DNA of 39,479 nt from Candidatus Omnitrophota bacterium. Lineage in GTDB: Bacteria; Omnitrophota; Gorgyraeia; Duberdicusellales; 4484-171. The DNA lies in assembly GCA_023228195.1 (NCBI GenBank), contig JALOBR010000002.1:1-39479 (forward strand). The letters are read 5' to 3'. The notes under the pieces are model-generated. The model saw only the letters and a program-made list of their open reading frames with translations. It had not been told where the DNA came from and did not search any database. Made by a program: the position numbers and the translations under genes. Positions within the stretch are counted from its first letter, which is position 1, and every line of letters begins with the position of its first letter. Positions 15,705 to 24,402 of this stretch are shown in pieces.

Positions 15705-16502
15705 ATGAAAATAATCGATTTAAGCCTGCCCATTGATGATAAAGCTTTTGAGGTGCATCATGTTGAAATTGAGCGCGTGTCTCATAAGGCAGGAGTCGAG
15801 AAGTTTAACCGCGTTTTAATGGGGAAAACCTTGAAAGGTAAGCTCCAATATATATTAGGTAAGCGTATCGTTAAAAAAGAAGACCTGCCGGATGAAGAGT
15901 TTTTATCTTTAGAAATTGTACATTCACCGGTTCATATCGGAACCCATCTGGATTATTCTTTTCACTACGGTTCAAAATCAGAAGGCCGGGCCTCTAAAAC
16001 TGCGGAGGAAATTCCTCTTGAATGGTGCTATCAAAACGGAGTAAAGCTTGATGTCTCATATAAGAAGCTGAATGAAACAATAACCGCTGTCGACTTAGAA
16101 GGTGTTTTAAAGAAAATAAATTATACATTAAAGCCTTTTGATATTGTTTTATTATATACGGGTGCTGATAAATTATATGGCGGACCAAAGTATTTTAGCG
16201 ATTATCCGGGAGTGGATATTTCCGCTATCGATTATTTGCTGGATAAAGGAATTAAAATTTTCGGAGTTGACACTATGGGTATAGACCGGCCGTATAGATT
16301 TATGCTTAAAGAATTTTTAGAAACAAAAGATACTAAGAGATTGTACCCGGCGCATTTTTACGGCAGAAAAAGAGAATTTATTCATATAGAGCGTTTAGCA
16401 AATCTTGAAAAACTGCCGGATTTTGGTTTTAAGGTAAATTGTTTTCCGGTAAAAATTAAAACTACAGGCGCAGCTTGGGCGAGAGTAGTTGCTATTTTAT
16501 AA
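15705..16502 (+). CDS. Cyclase family protein (PF04199 putative cyclase / kynurenine formamidase fold)
   Basis: MKIIDLSLPI N-terminus and an HxGTHxDxxxH metal motif (VHIGTHLDYSFH). Confidence 0.75.
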   Translation: MKIIDLSLPIDDKAFEVHHVEIERVSHKAGVEKFNRVLMGKTLKGKLQYILGKRIVKKEDLPDEEFLSLEIVHSPVHIGTHLDYSFHYGSKSEGRASKTAEEIPLEWCYQNGVKLDVSYKKLNETITAVDLEGVLKKINYTLKPFDIVLLYTGADKLYGGPKYFSDYPGVDISAIDYLLDKGIKIFGVDTMGIDRPYRFMLKEFLETKDTKRLYPAHFYGRKREFIHIERLANLEKLPDFGFKVNCFPVKIKTTGAAWARVVAIL

Positions 16503-16650
16503 AAATAATATAATAATTTATCCCGACTCGCCTGCATATCGTTTAAATTTTCGGAGAAAATTTAAACGAAACTCGTCGGGACAATTCCAATGAGACTTGC
16601 CTTTTTACGATAGTAAAAAGGCTTAGTCGAATTGTCATTAGGAGGTAAAA
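16503..16650 (+). promoter_or_regulatory. Conserved structured leader element, copy 3 (type A; box 16625-16645)
   Basis: Hairpin 1 is CCCGAC..[CGTTTAAATTTT/AAAATTTAAACG]..GTCGGG. It is followed by ACAATTCCAATGAGACTT, hairpin 2 GCCTTTTTAC/GTAAAAAGGC, then AGTCGAATTGTCATTAGGAGG. Confidence 0.65.
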
Positions 16651-17088
16651 ATGGGCCATACAGTTAATTCAATTATAATTAATGCTCCTTACGAGAAAAT
16701 TTTTGATATTTCTAATGATATTGAACGCTGGACAGAATTATTCGGCGGTGAGTATAAGGAGGCAACCGTAGAAAAAAAAGAAGGTAATAAAATAACATTT
16801 AGGCTTATGGATGATGAAGGCAGGACATGGAAATCGTGGCGCCTTCTTTTTAAGGACAAGAATTTTGCCTACGCCGAAAGAGAGGAACCGAAATTTCCTT
16901 TTAAGTTTATGAAAATCGTTTGGCTTTATATACCAAGGCCCGCCGGTGTTGAAATGGTTTGGATCCAGCATTTTGAAATGGATGATAAAGCTAAATTTAC
17001 TGACGAGCAGGTAGAAGGCTTTATCAATAAACACTCGAAAGATAATTTGAAGATATTTAAGGACATAATTGAGAGAGAGGCGAAATAG
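16651..17088 (+). CDS. SRPBCC-superfamily polyketide cyclase/aromatase-like protein
   Basis: 145 aa. The N-terminus (SIIINAPYEKIFDISNDIERWTELF) fits the Polyketide_cyc2/TcmN-ARO/CYC pattern. AGGAGG RBS. It lies in a KS/CLF/ACP context. Confidence 0.7.
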   Translation: MGHTVNSIIINAPYEKIFDISNDIERWTELFGGEYKEATVEKKEGNKITFRLMDDEGRTWKSWRLLFKDKNFAYAEREEPKFPFKFMKIVWLYIPRPAGVEMVWIQHFEMDDKAKFTDEQVEGFINKHSKDNLKIFKDIIEREAK

Positions 17089-17165
17089 CCGTCAGATATC
17101 AGGTACCAGCCAGCAGCTTTTAAAGAGCTGAAATCTGAAAGCTGACGCTTGAAAGCTTTTAAAAA
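17089..17165 (+). repeat. TCAG/CTGA intercistronic hairpin cassette, copy 1 (SRPBCC-MFS spacer)
   Basis: GAAATAGCCGTCAGATATCAG...CAGCT-tttaaag-AGCTG...CTGAAAGCTGACGCTTGAAAGC. It runs from the stop codon to the start codon. Confidence 0.55.
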
Positions 17166-18287
17166 ATGAACAAACTAACTTTCATAATTCTTTGTTTAGA
17201 GGGTGCGATTTTATCGTTTAATGTCGCAGCGTCGGCAGCTCTTATCCCTTCTGTGGCAACAGATTTTGGAATTTCTGAGTTTGTTGCAGGACGAATTGTC
17301 TGGCTTTATATGATTCCTTACGGCTTTGCCGCTCTCCTTTACGGTCCCTTAGTGCGGGCGTTTGACGCTAAGAAGATTGAGCTGATTTGTCTTTTATCCT
17401 TTTCCGCAGCTAATTTACTGGCTGCTTTTTCAAAAAATACCGCTATGCTTTTTACGGCAAGATTTTTTATGGGGGTATTCGGCGCGTCCGTTATACCCCT
17501 TGCTTTAATTTTGATAGCGCAGTCATATGGAAGCGAAAAAAGAGGAAGAATCGTTGGTGTGTTTTTTGCTTCTACATTCATAGCCTCTCTTTTAGGGCTG
17601 TTTTTAAGCGGTATTCTACATTGGCGTTTGATTTTCTTATTGCCGGCTATTTCAGGGTTTCTGCTTTTGCCCTTAATGTATTTTTGTTTACCGCATTTTA
17701 CGCCGGTTAATAAAAAGTTTACCATCAATTACATAGAACCGTTTAAAGATAAAGTTATACTGTATATGTTTGCCTATATATTTATTATAAGTTTGCTTTA
17801 TCATGGCCTTCAGCAATGGTTTTCGGTCTATTTTTCTACCCGGTATAGCCTGGGGCAATTTGCAATCAGTATGCTTATTACTTTAACCAGTTTAAGCGGA
17901 GTATTCGGAGAAACCCTTGGCGGAATATTCGCCGATAAAATTGGCAGGATTAGAACCGTTAATTTAGGGATAATTTTAATGATTATAAGCGTATTATTTC
18001 TTATTTTAAAAATGCCGGTTTTTACGCTCGGTTTGATTATGGTTATCTGGGGATTAGGCTGGACATTTAACCATGCCGGAATTTCTACAATACTTACGGA
18101 TTTACCGAAGAAATTTTTACATGAAGCAGCCAGTTTAAACTCAAGCGTGCGTTTTGTTTCCGGCGGTATTGGGGTAGCTGCTTCAGGGCTGATTATGCAG
18201 AAAAGTTTTGTAGCCGGATTTATGTTGTTCGGCGGATGTTTAATTGCGTTATTACTTTGTACGAAATATTTAATCATTAAACTATAA
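17166..18287 (+). CDS. MFS transporter (probable exporter)
   Basis: 373 aa with about 12 hydrophobic helices. MFS loop motifs GPLVRAFDAKK and GIFADKIGRIR. Confidence 0.8.
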   Translation: MNKLTFIILCLEGAILSFNVAASAALIPSVATDFGISEFVAGRIVWLYMIPYGFAALLYGPLVRAFDAKKIELICLLSFSAANLLAAFSKNTAMLFTARFFMGVFGASVIPLALILIAQSYGSEKRGRIVGVFFASTFIASLLGLFLSGILHWRLIFLLPAISGFLLLPLMYFCLPHFTPVNKKFTINYIEPFKDKVILYMFAYIFIISLLYHGLQQWFSVYFSTRYSLGQFAISMLITLTSLSGVFGETLGGIFADKIGRIRTVNLGIILMIISVLFLILKMPVFTLGLIMVIWGLGWTFNHAGISTILTDLPKKFLHEAASLNSSVRFVSGGIGVAASGLIMQKSFVAGFMLFGGCLIALLLCTKYLIIKL

Positions 18288-18300
18288 ACAAGGAGGCAGG

Positions 18301-19074
18301 ATGAGTGATCTTAAAGGTAAAACTGCAATTGTCACCGGAGCAAGCCGCGGGATTGGGAAAGCTCTTGCTTGTGTGGCAGCCAGTTTAGGCGCGAATGTAG
18401 CTATCGCAGCGAGAGGAGAAGGTCCGTTAAAAGAAACTGCCGCAGAAATAGAAAAAACATACAAGGTTAAAGTCCTGGCTGTGCCCTGCGATGTTACAAA
18501 GCTGGAAGATTTGGAAAATTTAGTGAATAAAACAAAAGAAAAATTCGGAAACATTGATATCTTAATAAATAACGCAGGCGTATCCAGTCAATATCCTTTT
18601 GAAAAACAGCCGATTGAAGATTTTGAGCGCCTTGCGCATACAAACTATTTAGGTTATGTGCGTATGATTCGTCTGGTGATAAACGACATGATAAAAAATA
18701 AATCCGGGGCAATAATCAATATGGTTTCCGGCTCAACGCTTTGCGACCCGCTGCCGAGAAATTTTATTGTGTATAGCTCGCTAAAGGTTGGGCTTCGCGC
18801 TTTTTCTAAAGGCTTGTTCTGGGAAGTGCGAGACCACGGAATAAAAGTTACTTCGCTTTTTCCGGGCGTAACCGACACTGATTTAACCGGAAAATTACAG
18901 GAAATTACAGCGAATAGTTCGCGTTTGATGACAACTGAGGCAATTGAAAATGCGGTAAGGTTTGCTTTGACCGTTCCGGCTAATGTTTGCCCCTTGGAGA
19001 TAGCGGTAATAAATCAGCAAACCCCATGGACAAAGCCGGTTATACCTTTCAAACAGGACCATCCGGAGAAGTAG
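18301..19074 (+). CDS. Short-chain dehydrogenase/reductase (probable polyketide ketoreductase)
   Basis: AAGGAGG RBS. TGASRGIGKA, NNAG and a catalytic YSSLK (YxxxK) motif. Confidence 0.85.
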   Translation: MSDLKGKTAIVTGASRGIGKALACVAASLGANVAIAARGEGPLKETAAEIEKTYKVKVLAVPCDVTKLEDLENLVNKTKEKFGNIDILINNAGVSSQYPFEKQPIEDFERLAHTNYLGYVRMIRLVINDMIKNKSGAIINMVSGSTLCDPLPRNFIVYSSLKVGLRAFSKGLFWEVRDHGIKVTSLFPGVTDTDLTGKLQEITANSSRLMTTEAIENAVRFALTVPANVCPLEIAVINQQTPWTKPVIPFKQDHPEK

Positions 19075-19251
19075 GAATAGTGAGATGCGTAATTTTATAA
19101 TAACAATAATCCCGCCTCACAGAAAATGCGTAAAATTTTCACACTCGCTTCGCTCGCAGGAAAATTTTATAGCGTTCGGCGGGACAATTCGACTAGGCAA
19201 TTTTTCATACAGGAAGTCTGAGAAATTGCAAGTCTCATTGGGAGGTTTCTA
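19075..19251 (+). promoter_or_regulatory. Conserved structured leader element, copy 4 (type B; AGTCTCATTGGGAGG at 19231-19245)
   Basis: Hairpin 1 is CCCGCC...GGCGGG (19111-19183). It is followed by ACAATTCGACT, hairpin 2 GCAATTT/AAATTGC, AGTC, then the SD. It lies upstream of the radical SAM gene. Confidence 0.6.
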
Positions 19252-20709
19252 ATGAAGATCTTATTCGTTCAGCCGAAAATCGGCGCTTGGGCAACGCATG
19301 GCGTTCACTTTGCACCTAACCAGTTATATGCCCAGTGGGGAGCATATATCCGCGAGAAAGGTTATGCTGATCTTGAAGTTTTAGATGCAACTGTCCTGGG
19401 TATTCCAATTGAGCACTTGGCCGAAAAGGTTAAAGAAAAGAATCCCGATGTGGTTGTTTTGGGCGATATGATTCATTGTTCGGTAGGCTTTGGCGTAATC
19501 TGGCATTTTAACCAGGCAGCGGCGAGAATAAAACAGGTTTTACCAAAAACAAAAGTTATTATGGGCGGGCTTTGGTATTCCGCTCTTCCTGTTCAGACCC
19601 TGGAAGATAACCCCGCGATAGATTATGTGGTTATGGGCGAAGAAGAATCTTTCTATGATTTAATTGATGCTATAGATAAAGGAAAAAACATAAAAGATGT
19701 TGCAGGGGTAACTTGCCGCATAGACGGAAAACCTGTAATGGGGCCGCATAAGCCATTATTGCAGAATTTGGATACATTGCCGCTCCCCGCTTATGATTTG
19801 TTTGCTATGGATAAATACGTAGGGCATACTTTTTGGAAGCCGTTTGTTGAAATGATAACTTCCCGTGGTTGCCCCTCGGCTTGCACCTTTTGTTATGAGT
19901 GGGATCAGTACGACCCGCGCAGTCCCCAGGATTTTTTAACCTGGCGCGCAAAGTCCCCGGAACGCGTTGTTGAAGAGCTTGAGCTTCTGCATAAAATGGG
20001 CACAAAAGTCGTGGTTATACAGGATGATAACTTTAACGTTAATCCCGACAGAGTTGAAAAATTCTGCAACTTAAAGAAAGCAAAAAACAATCCGATTAAA
20101 TGGGTTTCTCTGGGAAGGGCGGTTGATTGGATTAATTGCGAAAAAATTCTGCCTCTCATGAAAGAAACAGGATTGTTTATGGGAGTATTCGGAATTGAAG
20201 TTACCACCCCGGAAGAACTTAAAAAAATTGCAAAAGGCATAACCATTGACCAGATTAAAAAGACAATCGATATTTTACGCGCCCAGAATATCGCAATTGT
20301 CGCTGATATTATGATGGGTTTTGATGATGATACGGAATATTCGATAAAACAGAGATTTGAATTTACCGATGAGGTTGATCCGGATATTCTTTGGGTAGGC
20401 TACGTTACCCCTGCTCCTAATTCACCAATCTGGAGACAAAGGGTTAAACGCGGCGAAATAGACATCAAAAAAATTGATTTTCTTAAATGGGATTTCTTAC
20501 ACCCGGTTATGCCGACAACACACCTGACCCTGGAAGATTACGGAAGGCTTGGTACGTGGTGTATGCGCGAATTTTTCTCAAAGCCGGGGCGTATTCAGAG
20601 AATTATGACCAGTAATTTTGATCCGCTTGCAAAACTTTGCTTCGAAGATGTTATGCACGGAGTTTCAAAGTGGGAAGCAGGCGCGGTTAAGGGAGAGAAA
20701 CATATATAA
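19252..20709 (+). CDS. B12-binding-domain radical SAM enzyme (class B-like)
   Basis: N-terminal Rossmann-like cobalamin-binding region (DVVVLGD...IMGG) followed by the CPSACTFC (CX3CX2C) radical SAM cluster motif. GGGAGG RBS. Confidence 0.85.
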   Translation: MKILFVQPKIGAWATHGVHFAPNQLYAQWGAYIREKGYADLEVLDATVLGIPIEHLAEKVKEKNPDVVVLGDMIHCSVGFGVIWHFNQAAARIKQVLPKTKVIMGGLWYSALPVQTLEDNPAIDYVVMGEEESFYDLIDAIDKGKNIKDVAGVTCRIDGKPVMGPHKPLLQNLDTLPLPAYDLFAMDKYVGHTFWKPFVEMITSRGCPSACTFCYEWDQYDPRSPQDFLTWRAKSPERVVEELELLHKMGTKVVVIQDDNFNVNPDRVEKFCNLKKAKNNPIKWVSLGRAVDWINCEKILPLMKETGLFMGVFGIEVTTPEELKKIAKGITIDQIKKTIDILRAQNIAIVADIMMGFDDDTEYSIKQRFEFTDEVDPDILWVGYVTPAPNSPIWRQRVKRGEIDIKKIDFLKWDFLHPVMPTTHLTLEDYGRLGTWCMREFFSKPGRIQRIMTSNFDPLAKLCFEDVMHGVSKWEAGAVKGEKHI

Positions 20710-20717
20710 TGAGCTCA

Positions 20718-20752
20718 GCATTTTTCCAAGTGTTAACACGAGGGAAAAATGC
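20718..20752 (+). terminator. Stop-proximal hairpin GCATTTTTCC-N14-GGGAAAAATGC (family shared with 27125-27165)
   Basis: 10-bp stem beginning 9 nt after the radical SAM stop codon, with no U-tract. It shares TTTTTCCAAGTG...GGAAAAATG with the copy after the ALDH gene. Confidence 0.35.
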
Positions 20753-20761
20753 TAGAGCGAA

Positions 20762-20890
20762 TTACCCCAAACCACTCTCAAAAAATATAATTTAACTAAG
20801 CCTGACTTTGTCAGGCAAGGTTCATTAGATTTTTTGAGTATGTAGGTGGTTTGGGGTGCAGCGTATCAATCAAGAGGCTACTTTAAATTT
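20762..20890 (+). promoter_or_regulatory. Divergent relative of the leader element (long hairpin 20764-20857)
   Basis: ACCCCAAACCAC-TCTCAAAAAAT ... ATTTTTTGAG-..-GTGGTTTGGGGT shares the CTCAAAAAAT/ATTTTTTGAG arms with hairpin 1 of copy 2. The inner hairpin is GCCTGAC/GTCAGGC. It lacks the AGTC...AGGAGG box. Confidence 0.35.
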
Positions 20891-21775
20891 ATGATTTGCG
20901 ATAGCCATATACATTTCATTCCGCAGGAAATATCAGAAAATACTTCCTTTTACAAAGGAATATGGTCCGATAAGGTACGGCTTTTTGAATTTATTGATAT
21001 GAATCAAATTGAAAAAGCCCTTTTAATTTATCCTGCCACAGATGCCCATTTAAAGCTAGGCCGGCAGAAATTATGTGAACTTTACAATTTCTTTCTTGGC
21101 GCGTTGATAGAAGAAAATCCGAAAATTATTGGCTTTGGGATAGTTGATTTAAGCAGCAACATATCTTCGCAGGTAAAACATTTAAGAGAAGAAGGTTTTA
21201 AGGGGATAAGTATAGCTTCGAGCGAAGACGGCGCGTTCGTTTTAGATAAACTTAAGCCTTTGTTCGAGGCCGCAGAGAAACATAAACTCGCAATATTCGT
21301 ACACCCGCAGACAATAAACCCGATAGGTTTCGAGCGCGTAAAGGACCCGCTGCTGATGCCTGTTTTAGAATACAGTTTTGATAGTTCTATGTTTTTAGGG
21401 ATATTAATGATGGAAGGGATTTTAGAAAAATTTAATATAAATTTTATTTTTTCTTCACTCGGAGGGGTCACCCCATTTTTAAAGGACAGGTTCGACAGGG
21501 TTTATATGATGCTTAAAACCCGCGACATGGTTAAAGATTTGGGAAGGTCCCCTTCAGAAATACTTAAAAGGGTATATGTGGACACTTCTGGCTCGTCTTT
21601 GGCAAACATAAAACTTGCAATTGATTTATTTGGTGAAGATAAAATTCTCTGGGGCTCGGATTATCCGGTACCGCCCAATATAAAAGATAATATTACGCAA
21701 TTAGACGCGCTGGGCAAAGATACCGCAGAAAAAATAGTATCCGGTAATTTTCATAGTCTTTTTGATACTAAATGA
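20891..21775 (+). CDS. Amidohydrolase_2 (ACMSD/decarboxylase-hydrolase) family protein
   Basis: MICDSHIHF metal-binding start, FVHP, DTSG and LWGSDYP motifs. The tracked GTG 20846 start lies inside a long hairpin arm, so ATG 20891 is preferred. Confidence 0.78.
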   Translation: MICDSHIHFIPQEISENTSFYKGIWSDKVRLFEFIDMNQIEKALLIYPATDAHLKLGRQKLCELYNFFLGALIEENPKIIGFGIVDLSSNISSQVKHLREEGFKGISIASSEDGAFVLDKLKPLFEAAEKHKLAIFVHPQTINPIGFERVKDPLLMPVLEYSFDSSMFLGILMMEGILEKFNINFIFSSLGGVTPFLKDRFDRVYMMLKTRDMVKDLGRSPSEILKRVYVDTSGSSLANIKLAIDLFGEDKILWGSDYPVPPNIKDNITQLDALGKDTAEKIVSGNFHSLFDTK

Positions 21776-22581
21776 AAATTTTTTGCAATTCAAAATTAAT
21801 TGAAAAAGAATCTCTTGAAGAAGTATTTGAACCGGGATTTTTATTCGGCTGGGGCGCTTTTGAAACTTTTCGCGCTTATTCTGGCAAAGTGCCGTTTTTA
21901 GATTTACATATTGCCCGTTTAAACGATGCCCTTAATGCATTAGGCATAGAAGAGCTTAAGGTAGATTTCAAAACCAGGATAAATGAACTTTTAAGGGTAA
22001 ATAATTTAGAAGATGCTTATATAAGAATTACTGCTTATAAAAAAAGAGAGTCCACGGGAGTGCTTATCTATGCGGACAAGTTCGGTTATTATCCCCAAAG
22101 CGCATACGAAAAAGGATTTACCGCCGTTATTTCTCCCTATAGAAGAAATATAAACAATAATTTTTATACCATTAAATCATTAAGTTATCTTGAAAACAGG
22201 CTTTCCTGGTTTGAGGCGCAAAAGCAAAGTAAAGATGAAGCTCTTGTTTTAAATGAAGATGGATTTTTATCGGGAGGCTCCCGCAGCAATTTATTTATTA
22301 TAAAAAACCAGGAGGTAGTAACACCGAGCATTGAAAGCGGAGCGTTTGACGGCATAACAAGAAAAATAGTAATTAGCGAGTTGAAAAAGATGGATATAAA
22401 CGTAAAAGAGGAGAAAACCAGCATCGAAGATTTGTTTTCCTGCGCAAACGAGGCATTTTTGACAAGCGCTTTACTGGAGGCGATGCCTTTGGTAGAATGT
22501 GACAACAAAGCAATTTCAAATGGCAAACCAGGAGATCTTACGATTAGGATTTTAAAGCAATATAAAAGCCTTATAAGTTGA
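21772..22581 (+). CDS. Class IV (fold type IV) PLP enzyme, aminodeoxychorismate lyase / branched-chain or D-amino-acid aminotransferase-like
   Basis: ATGA overlap with the amidohydrolase stop. 269 aa. A Lys in TIKSLSYLEN (K-x-x-N/S-Y-L pattern), and GITR and EAFLTSA segments. Confidence 0.72.
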   Translation: MKIFCNSKLIEKESLEEVFEPGFLFGWGAFETFRAYSGKVPFLDLHIARLNDALNALGIEELKVDFKTRINELLRVNNLEDAYIRITAYKKRESTGVLIYADKFGYYPQSAYEKGFTAVISPYRRNINNNFYTIKSLSYLENRLSWFEAQKQSKDEALVLNEDGFLSGGSRSNLFIIKNQEVVTPSIESGAFDGITRKIVISELKKMDINVKEEKTSIEDLFSCANEAFLTSALLEAMPLVECDNKAISNGKPGDLTIRILKQYKSLIS

Positions 22582-22588
22582 GGATATT

Positions 22589-23536
22589 ATGAAATTATCA
22601 CCGCTATTCTGGCCGATTGAATTAAAAGGTAGCACTATTTATATACTCGACGAAACTCTTCTGCCCCATAAATTCAAATATATAAAAGCAAAAGATTATA
22701 AGCAGGCTGTCAAAGCGATTAAAGATATGAAAACTCGCGCTGTCGGCCAGGTAATTCTTGTCTTTTATATTTTTCTTCTGGTTATAAGAAAGAATAAAAA
22801 CAAAAAAGACATAAAACCAATTCTCTTTAAGCTCGCCGAAAGCATAAATGCCGCGCGGCCGACTTTGTCCTTTAAATATCTGACAGATATGATTTTGGGC
22901 TGGATGGTTTCCGGTGCGCCCTTAGAAAAAAGCATACTTGGATTTTTAGAAATACTTAAAAATAAACGCATCCAGCAGGCTCGTGCGATGAGTGAATTGC
23001 TAAATGACGGCGACAGTATTCTTACGCACTGTAATATCAGTGGTCAGATGCCTTTAATCGGAGAGCTGGCCCGTCAGCAAAACAAAAAGGTAAAGTTTTT
23101 TGCTACGGAAACAAGGCCTTATTTGCAAGGCTCCCGCTTAACCGCCTGGGAATTACAAAGGCAGGGTTTTGATGTAACATTAATTTCGGATAACATGGTG
23201 GCGCAGGTTATGTATGAGAAAAAAGTAAATAAAGTAATTGTCGGAGCGGATCATTTAGCCCAAAACGGCGACATCGCTAATAAGGTCGGCACTTACCAGA
23301 TTGCTATTTTAGCGAAACATTTTAATGTGCCTTTTTATGTTTTATGCCCGCCACCCTCGCGCTCAAGAACCGGAAAAGATATCACAATAGAAATCAGGCC
23401 GCAAATAGAATTGCTGGAATACCAAGGGATTTCGCTTGCGCCGAAAGGGGCAAAAGGGTATTATCCCGCCTTTGATGTTACGCCCAACAATTTAATTACG
23501 GAGCATATTTACTTAGAAATCAACGATAAAGTTTGA
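22589..23536 (+). CDS. MtnA/eIF-2B-family sugar-1-phosphate isomerase (methylthioribose-1-P / 5-deoxyribose-1-P isomerase-like)
   Basis: GAGGA RBS. THCNISG (catalytic Cys), ETRPYLQGSRLTAWEL, GADHLAQNGDIANKVGTY (catalytic Asp) and PAFDVTP. Confidence 0.82.
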   Translation: MKLSPLFWPIELKGSTIYILDETLLPHKFKYIKAKDYKQAVKAIKDMKTRAVGQVILVFYIFLLVIRKNKNKKDIKPILFKLAESINAARPTLSFKYLTDMILGWMVSGAPLEKSILGFLEILKNKRIQQARAMSELLNDGDSILTHCNISGQMPLIGELARQQNKKVKFFATETRPYLQGSRLTAWELQRQGFDVTLISDNMVAQVMYEKKVNKVIVGADHLAQNGDIANKVGTYQIAILAKHFNVPFYVLCPPPSRSRTGKDITIEIRPQIELLEYQGISLAPKGAKGYYPAFDVTPNNLITEHIYLEINDKV

Positions 23537-23586
23537 GCAATTTAACTTTCTAACTTTCTGTTTATTTGAATTGCTCTTTTACTTTT
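23535..23586 (+). terminator. Terminator-like hairpin after the MtnA-like gene
   Basis: GAGCAATT (23535-23542) pairs with AATTGCTC (23569-23576) and is followed by TTTTACTTTT. The loop is large (26 nt), hence moderate confidence. Confidence 0.4.
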
Positions 23587-23740
23587 GGCCGCACAGTCGG
23601 AGATAAAAGCAGATTTAAAAATAATATAAAGGCTAATTTTTTTCACCTAATATCCAAACCAATGCACTTCGCATAACAAAAGCGCCTGTTTTCTTCAAAT
23701 ACGGTAAGCGGCTAACCAGCCGGCTAAAGCTATAAGCGTT

Positions 23741-24220
23741 TTAGTGTTTTAAATTTTCTTTCAATTTCGAGCGAGTTAGATAAAAAAAGACCCAAATAAC
23801 ATAACAAGCTAAGACTAAACATATCAAAGACAACTTGATAAAAAGCGAATAGGAATGAACGTAAACTCCTTGTGCAATCGTATGTGGTTTGGAAAATTCG
23901 GCAAGCTTCCAGAACAAAAAGGCAAGAAAGCCGATAAAAACGGCAACCATAACATTGCCTGCCAATATAATATTAGTTGACGCTATAAATTTTTTTAACT
24001 TAAATGTGCCCCAACCTGCCATAAAACAAATAAGGGGTATACTGCCAAGTAGGATAACCAGCGCAATATAACTGGCAATGATTTCTGGCCTTTCGAATTT
24101 ATTCCTAGCGCTGGGGAAAAGCTGGTGTATTAGAAAAACAAACATAAGCGATGAATATAACCCGACAATCCAATCTACCCCCGCAATCATTTTAAGTCCA
24201 AGAGGTATGCCTTTTTTCAT
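23741..24220 (-). CDS. Hypothetical integral membrane protein (about 5 TM helices)
   Basis: GGAGGGG RBS on the - strand just upstream of ATG 24220. Strongly hydrophobic 159-aa ORF. It is the only opposite-strand gene inside the accessory block. Confidence 0.65.
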   Translation of the reverse strand: MKKGIPLGLKMIAGVDWIVGLYSSLMFVFLIHQLFPSARNKFERPEIIASYIALVILLGSIPLICFMAGWGTFKLKKFIASTNIILAGNVMVAVFIGFLAFLFWKLAEFSKPHTIAQGVYVHSYSLFIKLSLICLVLACYVIWVFFYLTRSKLKENLKH

Positions 24221-24402
24221 ATCCCCTCCATTAAGCAGAAATTGTTTTTCTGTAAAATTAATATATTAAAACTGCCCCTGGAAACCCTTGAATAAATATT
24301 AGCACCCAATGGCCGTTATGCAATAAAATTGTTAAGATTGTTAAAAGAATTCAGTGTTTTATCTTATCTTGGCATCTGGAAAACCTGTCCTCAAAAATCC
24401 CT

